From Cellvibrionaceae bacterium 1162T.S.0a.05 (GTDB lineage: Bacteria > Pseudomonadota > Gammaproteobacteria > Pseudomonadales > Cellvibrionaceae), in the NCBI GenBank assembly GCA_000964245.1, contig LANB01000001.1, forward strand, positions 1,700,392 to 1,764,391: a DNA stretch of 64,000 nt, given 5' to 3'. Shown here in pieces: positions 56,228-64,000 of the stretch (within the stretch, counting starts at the first letter, position 1; each line of letters starts with the position of its first letter). A model generated the notes under the pieces. The model was given only the letters and a program-made list of their open reading frames with translations. It was not told the DNA's origin and ran no database searches. Position numbers and translations under genes: made by a program.

Positions 56228-57466
56228 TTACTGGAAGAGTGTGAGGTCTACGGCACTTCCCATAATGACGTAGCCATTTTCATTCGGGTGCAAATGATCA
56301 CCGGTATCACCATCCGCCCGCAGTAAACCGGGTTGTTCGGGGTCGGTCATAACGGCTTCGAAATCGATCACTGCATCAAACTCGCCACTGTTTCGAATCC
56401 AGCTATTGACCGTGCGCCAGGCGTCGAGTCGTTCAGGTGTATCGTAAAAGGAGGTGGCAAAGGGCAACAGGGTTGCGCCATAAACCTTGATGTTGGCAGC
56501 ATGCGCCTGGTTGATCATACTTTGATAGGCGGCAATTAACGCATCAGCAATTTTTTCGGCGTCTTCGGCATTTTTTGCCTGGCCGATATCATTTATGCCT
56601 TCAAAAATAATCAGCCATTTCACACCTGCCTGATTCAGCACATCGCGCTCGAAGCGGTCCAGTGCCGAAGGCCCCAGACAAGCGCGGGTAACGCAGTTGC
56701 CACCAATTCCCTGATTAATGACCGCAATGTTTTGTGTGTTCGCATTCGCGCGTAATTTTTCGGCAAAAATATCGGGCCAACGATTTTGTTTGTTTGTGCC
56801 CGATCCGCGTCCATCGGTAATTGAATCACCGAGCACGACCACGGCCGCTGCATTTTCCGGCGCTTGCACTTCAATACCCGTTACAACATACCAGCGGTCT
56901 GCCGTAACCTGCGTACTCAAATCCGCAGCATTGAGTTGATTACCCTCAGCAATATAAGACGTTGTGCGGGAGCCGGGGTGGCCGGTAACATCTTTTGAGG
57001 TTTCAGCGAAATAAATATTAATTGCAACGGTTGAACCAGCTTGGAGATTAAAATCCAAAGGGTCTGATACGTGCTCACTACCGGGAGCCATCGTAATGGC
57101 TTCCGCACCCGAAAATAAAACGGGTCTCGCTGTTTGTGGATCAATCTCACCGGCGTGTCGATGTTGCGCGATACTGACTTTTTGTAGTGTCACGGGCTCA
57201 CTGCTGAAGGCATTTGAAAAGCGCAAGCGGATGTGATCTCCACCTTGCGTAACGCGAACGATACTGCGCAAGGTATTGTTGCTGAGGCCGGGCTCGGGTG
57301 GCATGTTGTGAGGCTCAACCAGTTGGGGCCCGGTGCTCCAGGTAGCGAGCCATTGTGTGGCTGCGGTGTCTTTTTCTGTTGGCGCGTTATCGTTGGTACA
57401 CGCACCAAGCAGTAAAAGCATTGCCAGGGAACAGCAATACAGGTGGAGTTTAAAAGAATTTGTCAT
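56228..57466 (-). CDS. Secreted SGNH/GDSL-family hydrolase with an N-terminal beta domain
   Basis: Signal/lipobox LLLGACT. The GDSITDG block (VVVLGDSITDGRG) and the C-terminal DxxH (DTGDHLHPN) are present. Confidence 0.7.
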   Translation of the reverse strand: MTNSFKLHLYCCSLAMLLLLGACTNDNAPTEKDTAATQWLATWSTGPQLVEPHNMPPEPGLSNNTLRSIVRVTQGGDHIRLRFSNAFSSEPVTLQKVSIAQHRHAGEIDPQTARPVLFSGAEAITMAPGSEHVSDPLDFNLQAGSTVAINIYFAETSKDVTGHPGSRTTSYIAEGNQLNAADLSTQVTADRWYVVTGIEVQAPENAAAVVVLGDSITDGRGSGTNKQNRWPDIFAEKLRANANTQNIAVINQGIGGNCVTRACLGPSALDRFERDVLNQAGVKWLIIFEGINDIGQAKNAEDAEKIADALIAAYQSMINQAHAANIKVYGATLLPFATSFYDTPERLDAWRTVNSWIRNSGEFDAVIDFEAVMTDPEQPGLLRADGDTGDHLHPNENGYVIMGSAVDLTLFQ

Positions 57467-57531
57467 GTGCTTCCCCCTATCATTTATTGTTGCTTTTTAT
57501 TTTGCTTTTTCGATTTATTTTCAGAGGTTCC

Positions 57532-60297
57532 CTAGTTGTGCTCATTACCGGAAAGCAAAGTAAAGCCGGTGATAATAAACAGCGCTTTGTCGGCATTTTT
57601 ATCATCGTTTCTGAAAATAAAGGTGAGTTTGTGTTGGCCTTGTTGTTGATTAATCGCAATGGTTTTACTGAAGCCTCTGCCAGCAATATCCTTCGCATCA
57701 AAGTACGCCGTCTTGCCGAGTAGTGTGCCGTGTTCATCACCAAGTCGAAGTTCAATATACCCCCCCACAGTAAATTCCGGGTCAGCATTACCGTGAATGT
57801 GTAATCCGCTTACACCGTTTAAATCCATTTCCGGGAATTGTAGAAAAGCGCCATCTTTAAGCCCCACTTTAAGTGAAATAGGTGGGTCAGATACTGTAAG
57901 GAAATTAATTTCCTTTTCGGCAATGATTTCATTTGCATCAATGTAGGGGTTGTCCAGTGTCAGGGTTTTTTCTGTTTTAATTGAAGGTAAGTCCCCGGCA
58001 CCCTTGTCTTCATACGCAGCGCGTAAAATGACTGTGCCATCGCGTGCAATAATGTCTTCTTGCTTAATGGTGTATTCGCCCGCTAAGGGAAGAGGGATAC
58101 CGATTTTTTCTTCATCTACTGCGAGAATATATTTCACTGCAAGGCGGGCCTCAACGACGCTCATATCCTGATGGGGCGGCATCGCCGTTTCGCCCCACAC
58201 ACCGCTGCCACCCTGAATAATTTTATCGACCAGGTGGGCCTGGGCGTTGAGCGTGTTTTTATCGTTGTTCTCTTTGTAGTAGCGCGCAATATCCACATAG
58301 CTTGGCCCAATCGACGCCCCGTGTTTTTTGTGGCACGCGGTGCAGTCGCTTTGGCTTATGACTTTTTCTCCGGCAGACATATTGGCTGCGTTTTCTGCTG
58401 CAAGATGCCCTTGTTGAATATCAACCTTATCGAAACCGACAGGAAGAAAATCGAGCGTGAGTGCAACGTCCTCTGCTTTTACGTCACCGTCTTCACTATC
58501 ACTCACACGCGCTTGATAACGAATGGGGGTATTCGGGAAAAAGAACATACTGTTGCCCTCAACAATATCAAGATGCACTTCCGGTGGGCTGTTCCCCGCT
58601 AACAGTTCAAAACTTGTTTGACTATGTGCTGCATGCTGATCTGTCACGGTGAGCAAGGCTTGATACTGTCCGGCTTGTGTCAGACGATAGTGAAAATCTT
58701 TTTCGCTGCTTTCGGCAATGGCTTGGCCTTCTGCGTTTTTAATTTGCCAGAGATAGCTCAGTTGATCGCCATCGGGGTCGGTACTGCCTTCAGCACTTAA
58801 GGACACCTCAAAAGGGAGGGCGCCGTGTTGCGCAGCCAGCGTCGCGCGCGCCACGGGGTTGCGATTACCTTGAATGTAGTCGACGCGCACGATACGCGCA
58901 TCGGCATTTGGCTGAAACCAGGCACGACCGTACTCAAGAATATAAAGGCTGCCGTCGGGGCCGAATAACATATCGACCGGTGCACTGAAAGACATCTCCG
59001 GCAAAAAACGTTGCATGGAAACGTAGTCACCACTTTCACTTAGCGTGACAGTATTGACCCAGCCGCGCATCCATTCGTAAATAAATAATTTATTGTCGAA
59101 CCAGGCGGGAAAGGGCGAGGGCTGGTCTGCATAAAACTGATGACGATAGACCGGCCCTGCCATTGCGGTACGGCCACCTTTGCCTAGCTCGGGGAAGGAA
59201 GATGATTTCGCATAGGAATACCAGATAAACGCACCTTGTGCCGGTGGCAAGCTTTGCAAGCCGGTGTTATTCGGTGAATTGTTTATTGGTGTGTGTGGAT
59301 TAAAATTTCCAAGGGATTTTTTTGTTGCAAAATCAAATTCTGCATAGGCCTGATTGTCGCCAATAAAATAGGGCCAGCCAAAAAAACCGGGTTCGCGTAA
59401 TTGATTGATTTCATCGTAACCTATAGGTCCCTTTTCTTTTATTAGGCGGCTCGCATCCGGGCCGACATCGCCCCAATACAGATAGGATGTAACGGGGTCG
59501 ATTGAAATGCGATAGGGGTTGCGCACACCCATTGCGTAAATTTCCGGGCGGGTATTGGCGGTTCCAGGAGGGAAAAGATTACCTTCTGGAATGGCGTAGC
59601 TGCCGTCAGCGAGTGGCAATATGCGCAGAATTTTTCCACGTAAATCATTGGTGTTGGCTGAGCTTTTTTGTGCATCCCAGGGTGAGCGCCCGGGGCGTTC
59701 ATCAATGGGGGCGTAGTGCGAGGCGTGTGGGTTGGTATTGTCACCCGTTGATAGATACAGGTGGCCTTCACGGTCGAATTCTATCGCGCCGCCGGTATGG
59801 CAACACTGCTCGCGTTGCACGGGGACTTCCAAAACACGTTTTCCGGAGCCTGCTTGCAAGGCATCGTTTTTAAATGTCCAGCGCGTTAGGACGTTAACGG
59901 GTTTATCGCCTGCCAGTGAATAATACAAATACAACCAGCCGTTAGTGGCAAAGTTCGGGTCTAGCGCGAGGCCGAGGAGTCCGTCTTCGGAGCCGCCGCC
60001 GTCGACAAGTGTTGTGTTCACGTCAAGGCTATGAATGGTCTTTATTTTTTGAATTTTTGGATCGAGTAAGCGAAGCCTGCCAGTGCGCTCTATAAACAGA
60101 ATGCGCCCATCGGGCAAGATATCGAATTCGAGTGGCTCATTGAGATTGTTTGCCAGAACCTTGACTTGAAAACGGCTGGGGTCGGGAGCTGATGTCTGGT
60201 CTGTAACCGCAGCTGAATTTTCGTTGGTGGAATTCGAGTCTGTTTGCGTGCACGCTACCAACAGCAACGCTGTGGCGAGAGAGGAAAATATTTTCAC
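57532..60297 (-). CDS. Multi-domain PQQ-dependent sugar dehydrogenase: beta-propeller, PKD-like, cytochrome c, and a C-terminal carbohydrate-binding-like domain
   Basis: Lipoprotein signal. The sGDH-like propeller (GDVGPDASR...EINQL) is followed by a PKD-like segment (LSAEGSTDPDGDQLSYLW) and the heme motif CTACH. Confidence 0.7.
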   Translation of the reverse strand: MKIFSSLATALLLVACTQTDSNSTNENSAAVTDQTSAPDPSRFQVKVLANNLNEPLEFDILPDGRILFIERTGRLRLLDPKIQKIKTIHSLDVNTTLVDGGGSEDGLLGLALDPNFATNGWLYLYYSLAGDKPVNVLTRWTFKNDALQAGSGKRVLEVPVQREQCCHTGGAIEFDREGHLYLSTGDNTNPHASHYAPIDERPGRSPWDAQKSSANTNDLRGKILRILPLADGSYAIPEGNLFPPGTANTRPEIYAMGVRNPYRISIDPVTSYLYWGDVGPDASRLIKEKGPIGYDEINQLREPGFFGWPYFIGDNQAYAEFDFATKKSLGNFNPHTPINNSPNNTGLQSLPPAQGAFIWYSYAKSSSFPELGKGGRTAMAGPVYRHQFYADQPSPFPAWFDNKLFIYEWMRGWVNTVTLSESGDYVSMQRFLPEMSFSAPVDMLFGPDGSLYILEYGRAWFQPNADARIVRVDYIQGNRNPVARATLAAQHGALPFEVSLSAEGSTDPDGDQLSYLWQIKNAEGQAIAESSEKDFHYRLTQAGQYQALLTVTDQHAAHSQTSFELLAGNSPPEVHLDIVEGNSMFFFPNTPIRYQARVSDSEDGDVKAEDVALTLDFLPVGFDKVDIQQGHLAAENAANMSAGEKVISQSDCTACHKKHGASIGPSYVDIARYYKENNDKNTLNAQAHLVDKIIQGGSGVWGETAMPPHQDMSVVEARLAVKYILAVDEEKIGIPLPLAGEYTIKQEDIIARDGTVILRAAYEDKGAGDLPSIKTEKTLTLDNPYIDANEIIAEKEINFLTVSDPPISLKVGLKDGAFLQFPEMDLNGVSGLHIHGNADPEFTVGGYIELRLGDEHGTLLGKTAYFDAKDIAGRGFSKTIAINQQQGQHKLTFIFRNDDKNADKALFIITGFTLLSGNEHN

Positions 60298-60442
60298 TGG
60301 CGAACCTGAATTATTGTTATGCAGTTTTAATTATCTACCAAACGTAGGTAGAACACGGAAAAGGCAGAATAACAGTCAGCAATGCGAATTCAAAGGCTAT
60401 GACCTATGGGGTGGTAACAACGAGCAGTTGGTAGCAAGAAAA

Positions 60443-60970
60443 TTATTGCCGTTCGCTGCTCTCAAGAATAACAACTTTCCTGCCTTGGCGTTCGCTGTGG
60501 TGCTTTTGCGTTTTTTGTTGCGCAAGTGTCTTTCCAGCCTGAATGAGCCCAACCTGAACGGGCCCAACCTGAATGGGTAATTCGAAAACACGCCGGAGCT
60601 CACGGCCACTGGTATCAACAGTGGAGACATGGATTCCGATATAGTGTTTACCATTTTGTACCGCAGTCACTTGCAGTGGCAGACTGGATGTATGTGCGTC
60701 GAAGTCACCTTTCTGTATTTGCAGGCCTGCAGGTGTATGGATTTTCACATCGAATTTCAGGATGTCCTCGGCTTTCCGAAATGTCAGTAACAGCTGTTCG
60801 AGCTCGCCGATGTCACTCCGGCCATCGTAGTTGTGGCTGAACGCTACATTTGCACCGGGCTTTTCCATGCGGCCTTCATCGTGGGCGTGGACAAACCAGG
60901 CGCTGACGATCAGGGCGAAACTTAATGTTGCCTTTGAAAAATGTGCGGATAGGGATTTGACGTTTTTCAT
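60443..60970 (-). CDS. Secreted hypothetical protein
   Basis: Signal peptide. The PIQVGPVQVGLIQAG tail is encoded by a 15-bp tandem duplication. Confidence 0.4.
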   Translation of the reverse strand: MKNVKSLSAHFSKATLSFALIVSAWFVHAHDEGRMEKPGANVAFSHNYDGRSDIGELEQLLLTFRKAEDILKFDVKIHTPAGLQIQKGDFDAHTSSLPLQVTAVQNGKHYIGIHVSTVDTSGRELRRVFELPIQVGPVQVGLIQAGKTLAQQKTQKHHSERQGRKVVILESSERQ

Positions 60971-60988
60971 CTGTATTCTCCGCTTGAC

Positions 60989-63001
60989 CTAGTTGCTGCT
61001 CATGCTGACATTAAAGCAAACGTTGCCACCGCCACTTTCGTTGTCGTAGTTGCTGGCTTCCCACACAATAATTAAACCCGGGCCGGCGTTATACACACGG
61101 GTCAACTCTTCATTATTTTGCTGTGAACCATCGGCGATACCGAAAAGGGCACCTTCTTGCATGAACCAAAAATCCGGATCGGAACCTGTCATGCCGGAAC
61201 TGCGCACGACATTAATGTCGTAACTGCCAAGACTGGGAACATCGACGCGAATGTAATTGGCATTCCCCAATTTGTTGTACTCGCCTCCAGTGTTGGTGCT
61301 GCAAACGGTTGTCGCGGCACCATCGACAGTCAGGCTGTGGTAGATCGGGAGGGCAATGCTCACTCCGCCATCGTTGCTTTCGCTGCTGCCATAAATATCG
61401 CTGAGCGTAAAACCATGTTCACTGGCAAGTTGATCGACGACAGATACGAGGCCGGTATTTTGCGCTTTTAGAATTGAACCGAATGTGTGAACACTGGTGA
61501 GTGCGGCTGTGTTCACGTAGTCATCGCTCGCCAGGGTATTAAACATCGCAGCAAAATTATTCGCGCCGGCCTGGTGAATGGCGTACACAAAGGCATGCAC
61601 TGAGGCTTCATTAAACCAGCCGGGGTTGGCGTTACTGCCTTCAGACACATCGAAAACGAAGCCCACTGACTGGGAACTTCCGGATGAATCCCGGTATTCA
61701 GGATCATTCAATGACATCGCAGCAAAGGCATTGGCATAACCCTCACCAAAGGCCACCCGCATATCCAACTCTTCTGACAGTGTGTGCGTGCCGCCAATGG
61801 AATCGGAGCGGAAAACGTTGTAATCCAGGTAGTGGCCAAACTCATGCGTAACAACGTGGCGATCATATTCATCGGTGTCGTTGTTGGCGGAGCCGAGGAG
61901 GTAAATGGCGTTGTCACCACTGAAAAAGTGACTGTTGCCGATATCACCATCGGCATTCGCGCCCGGCGTTGCGCGGTTATTCGGGCTCCAGAAAATATCC
62001 ATCGCGGGCAATACGATATCCGGATCTGCTTGCTGAATAATACTCAGGCTTTCGTAGACGGCATCCAGGATGGCGAAAGGCGCGGCAGAGCGTGTACCTG
62101 TATAGGCATTGACCCCGTTCCAGCCGGAACTGGCGTGCAAGTGTCGTTCGGAATTTTCAGTGCCCGAGGACGCGAGTGTGCCTTGAATCGCATAAAGGGC
62201 ATTGCCGTCGGTATTGTCGCCAACTTCGATATCCCAGGCGGGGCTATCACTTTGCATGGACGCATAAGCGCGAATACGCACATTGGTTTCGGCATCAACA
62301 ATCACGCTGTAGGCCCCCGCGCTGTCAGTCACAGTAGACGCAAGAACCTGGTCGGACGCATTCAAGGCTTCAACCACAATACCGCGCGCTGGCGCTTCGA
62401 TGGTGGCGTTGTAGTTCAAACCATTGGTGAATTCATTGTGTGGGACCAAATCAAAGGTGATGGTGCCGGAAATGGCCACACTGCTCCCCGTCAGTACTTT
62501 GCTTACGTTGGAAACAATAGTCTGGCCGACATTGCCCGCGCTGTCGGCGAGCTGTAGGGCGATTTGTATCTGGCCCTCGGCAAAACTACTGAGATCGAGG
62601 GTTTCGGTGATTTCTGCTGAAGTCACGACGGCGTTATTGGACGCTGTGCCTGTAGCGCTGTCGCTCCAGCTCAAGGTGTAGGTCGCACCGACTTCCAGAC
62701 CTGTGAGCGTCACATCAAAGCTGCTTTGGTTGCTCTCGCTCACCACGGCGTTCTCCGGCGTCAGTTCATATCCGCTGGGTGCGGTTGTATCGGCCCCGCC
62801 GGAGCTTGAACTGGCGCTGGAGCTGGAACTGCTGCTTGAACTACTGCTGGAAGCGCTTGAGGCGCTGCTGCTTGATGTTGCACTGGATGCCGAACTTGAG
62901 GAAGACGACGAACCACCGCTATCGTCGCCACCGCCGCCGCACGAGGCTAAAAATAAACTGAAAACAAGCAGAGAATAGGGTGCAAACCTGAATGACAACA
63001 T
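60989..63001 (-). CDS. Secreted/lipoprotein zinc metalloprotease (HEFGH) with an N-terminal polyserine linker
   Basis: Lipobox LASCGGGG. About 45 consecutive Ser/Ala residues. HExxH (VVTHEFGHYLD) is present. Confidence 0.6.
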   Translation of the reverse strand: MLSFRFAPYSLLVFSLFLASCGGGGDDSGGSSSSSSSASSATSSSSASSASSSSSSSSSSSSASSSSGGADTTAPSGYELTPENAVVSESNQSSFDVTLTGLEVGATYTLSWSDSATGTASNNAVVTSAEITETLDLSSFAEGQIQIALQLADSAGNVGQTIVSNVSKVLTGSSVAISGTITFDLVPHNEFTNGLNYNATIEAPARGIVVEALNASDQVLASTVTDSAGAYSVIVDAETNVRIRAYASMQSDSPAWDIEVGDNTDGNALYAIQGTLASSGTENSERHLHASSGWNGVNAYTGTRSAAPFAILDAVYESLSIIQQADPDIVLPAMDIFWSPNNRATPGANADGDIGNSHFFSGDNAIYLLGSANNDTDEYDRHVVTHEFGHYLDYNVFRSDSIGGTHTLSEELDMRVAFGEGYANAFAAMSLNDPEYRDSSGSSQSVGFVFDVSEGSNANPGWFNEASVHAFVYAIHQAGANNFAAMFNTLASDDYVNTAALTSVHTFGSILKAQNTGLVSVVDQLASEHGFTLSDIYGSSESNDGGVSIALPIYHSLTVDGAATTVCSTNTGGEYNKLGNANYIRVDVPSLGSYDINVVRSSGMTGSDPDFWFMQEGALFGIADGSQQNNEELTRVYNAGPGLIIVWEASNYDNESGGGNVCFNVSMSSN

Positions 63002-63049
63002 TGAATTTCCCGCGATAAAAACGGACGCATTACGAAAAGTATAGACAGA

Positions 63050-64000
63050 CTAATCGAAGAGATTCATCAATGTAGTTATCGTTTCTTCACCTTTTTGTGC
63101 AATTTGTTCTTTAGAGGCCTCGCTAAAGCCTTCGCGTTCGACGTCCTCCTGAGGCAATTCCTCGATAAAACGACTGGCTTCCGTTTCAATTTTTTCGCCG
63201 AACTGTTTACGTGAGGCTGCCAGTGTCATGGTGAGTTTGCGCTGTGCGCGGGTAATACCGACATAGGCCAAGCGGCGTTCTTCTTCGATATTGTCTTCTT
63301 CGATACTGCTGCGATGGGGTAATAAATTCTCTTCCATGCCGACTAGAAACACAAAGGGAAACTCCAGACCTTTGGATGCATGCAAGGTCATCAATTGTAC
63401 ACGGTCGGTTAAATCTTCTTCTTCCTGGCGTTCAAGGAGATCCTGTAACAACAATTTACTCAGGGCGCGTTTTAATTGTTCTTCGTTGTCGAGTTCTTCT
63501 TCAACGAATTCATCGCCAAATTCATTTTCCTGTTTTCGTTTGAGTGAATTGTTAATCGAGTCGACAAGGAAATTAACATTTTCCCAGCGGCGCTCAGCGA
63601 CTGAGGCGGCACTTGCATTCTGATGCAGCCAGCCCTCGTAATCCATGTCGCTGAGCATTTCGCGGATTGCTGCTATCGGTTCATTATCGTGGCAGTTTGT
63701 GCGTACGGCATGCAACCAACTGACAAATTTGCGTAAACGCTCAAGGCCGTTCTTGGGGAGCACGCTTTGCAGCCCAACTTCATCGCAGGCGTTGAGTAAA
63801 CTGATTTCACGTTCAGTTGCATAGCGACTGAGCGCTTCCAGTGTGCCGGTTCCGATTTGTCGGCGCGGTGTGTTAACGATACGCAAAAACGCATTGTCAT
63901 CGTCGGGGTTAACCACAATGCGCAAATAAGCCATAACGTCCTTGACTTCAGTGCGCGAAAAAAAGCTTGTTCCACCGCTAATGTTGTAGGGGATTTGATG
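63050..64000 (-). CDS. rep: ATP-dependent DNA helicase Rep/UvrD, C-terminal part; the gene continues past the window end
   Basis: UvrD_C motifs LMTLHASKGLEFPFVFLVGMEE and RRLAYVGITRAQ are present. The ORF is open to position 64000. Confidence 0.7.
   Translation of the reverse strand, partial: HQIPYNISGGTSFFSRTEVKDVMAYLRIVVNPDDDNAFLRIVNTPRRQIGTGTLEALSRYATEREISLLNACDEVGLQSVLPKNGLERLRKFVSWLHAVRTNCHDNEPIAAIREMLSDMDYEGWLHQNASAASVAERRWENVNFLVDSINNSLKRKQENEFGDEFVEEELDNEEQLKRALSKLLLQDLLERQEEEDLTDRVQLMTLHASKGLEFPFVFLVGMEENLLPHRSSIEEDNIEEERRLAYVGITRAQRKLTMTLAASRKQFGEKIETEASRFIEELPQEDVEREGFSEASKEQIAQKGEETITTLMNLFD

Noticed and set aside
60547-60576. Perfect 15-bp tandem duplication GCCCAACCTGAAYGG x2
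   Set aside because: It is a real repeat, but only two copies inside a coding region (it encodes PVQVG/LIQAG). It is not a CRISPR or a regulatory array and is most likely a slippage duplication.
62780-62960. Codon-level simple repeat (GCT/GGA/AGC) that looks superficially like a spacer-less repeat array
   Set aside because: It encodes the polyserine linker of the metalloprotease and is not a CRISPR.

Overview
This 64-kb window is gammaproteobacterial chromosome. Polyserine linkers and the mix of TonB-dependent receptors and PQQ-dependent dehydrogenases point to a marine Cellvibrionaceae-like organism (Saccharophagus, Teredinibacter or Microbulbifer type); that placement is inference. The main blocks, in order:

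- **1-4.7 kb, minus strand:** a cobalamin uptake and adenosylation operon (btuB-cobO-btuC-btuD-btuF), with a probable cobalamin riboswitch leader.
- **5.2-8.1 kb:** a MORN-repeat protein fused to a clan-CD (C13-like) cysteine peptidase, and a YeiB-like membrane protein.
- **8.4-17.2 kb:** the conserved TonB-dependent receptor / tryptophan halogenase / SapC / cupin / halogenase / oxygenase cluster.
- **17.5-27 kb:** housekeeping genes, including a methyltransferase, an MFS transporter, a Sel1-TonB_C protein, rlmD-like, frmAB and hemH.
- **27.2-39.4 kb:** a co-directional membrane-scaffold locus. In order it carries a YjfI-like protein, PspA/IM30, YbjQ, an SPFH protein, an NfeD/YqiJ-like protein, flotillin and DUF2059. 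It ends with a 1772-aa coiled-coil protein bearing a MoxR-like AAA ATPase that is translationally coupled to a rhomboid protease. Three TTACATGTAA palindromes sit upstream of the first gene. This is the best candidate for an undescribed system.
- **39.5-41.2 kb:** a coupled PLD-like HKD / zinc-ribbon / TerB-like trio, next to csrA.
- **41.7-45.4 kb:** an M28 peptidase, a PAS histidine kinase and tRNA-Arg.
- **Downstream of tRNA-Arg:** a low-GC accessory island. It contains a duplicated tRNA 3' end, a 5'-truncated integron integrase (strong IntI C-terminal match), an attI-like region and at least five attC-delimited cassettes. Two cassettes are inverted toxin-antitoxin pairs: vapBC (vapC frameshifted) and parDE.
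- **51-64 kb:** cytochrome-c-linked PQQ sugar dehydrogenases (one fused to an aldose 1-epimerase), cytochrome c5, an SGNH hydrolase, a polyserine-linked secreted zinc metalloprotease, and the 3' part of a rep/uvrD helicase.

No CRISPR array or rRNA was seen.
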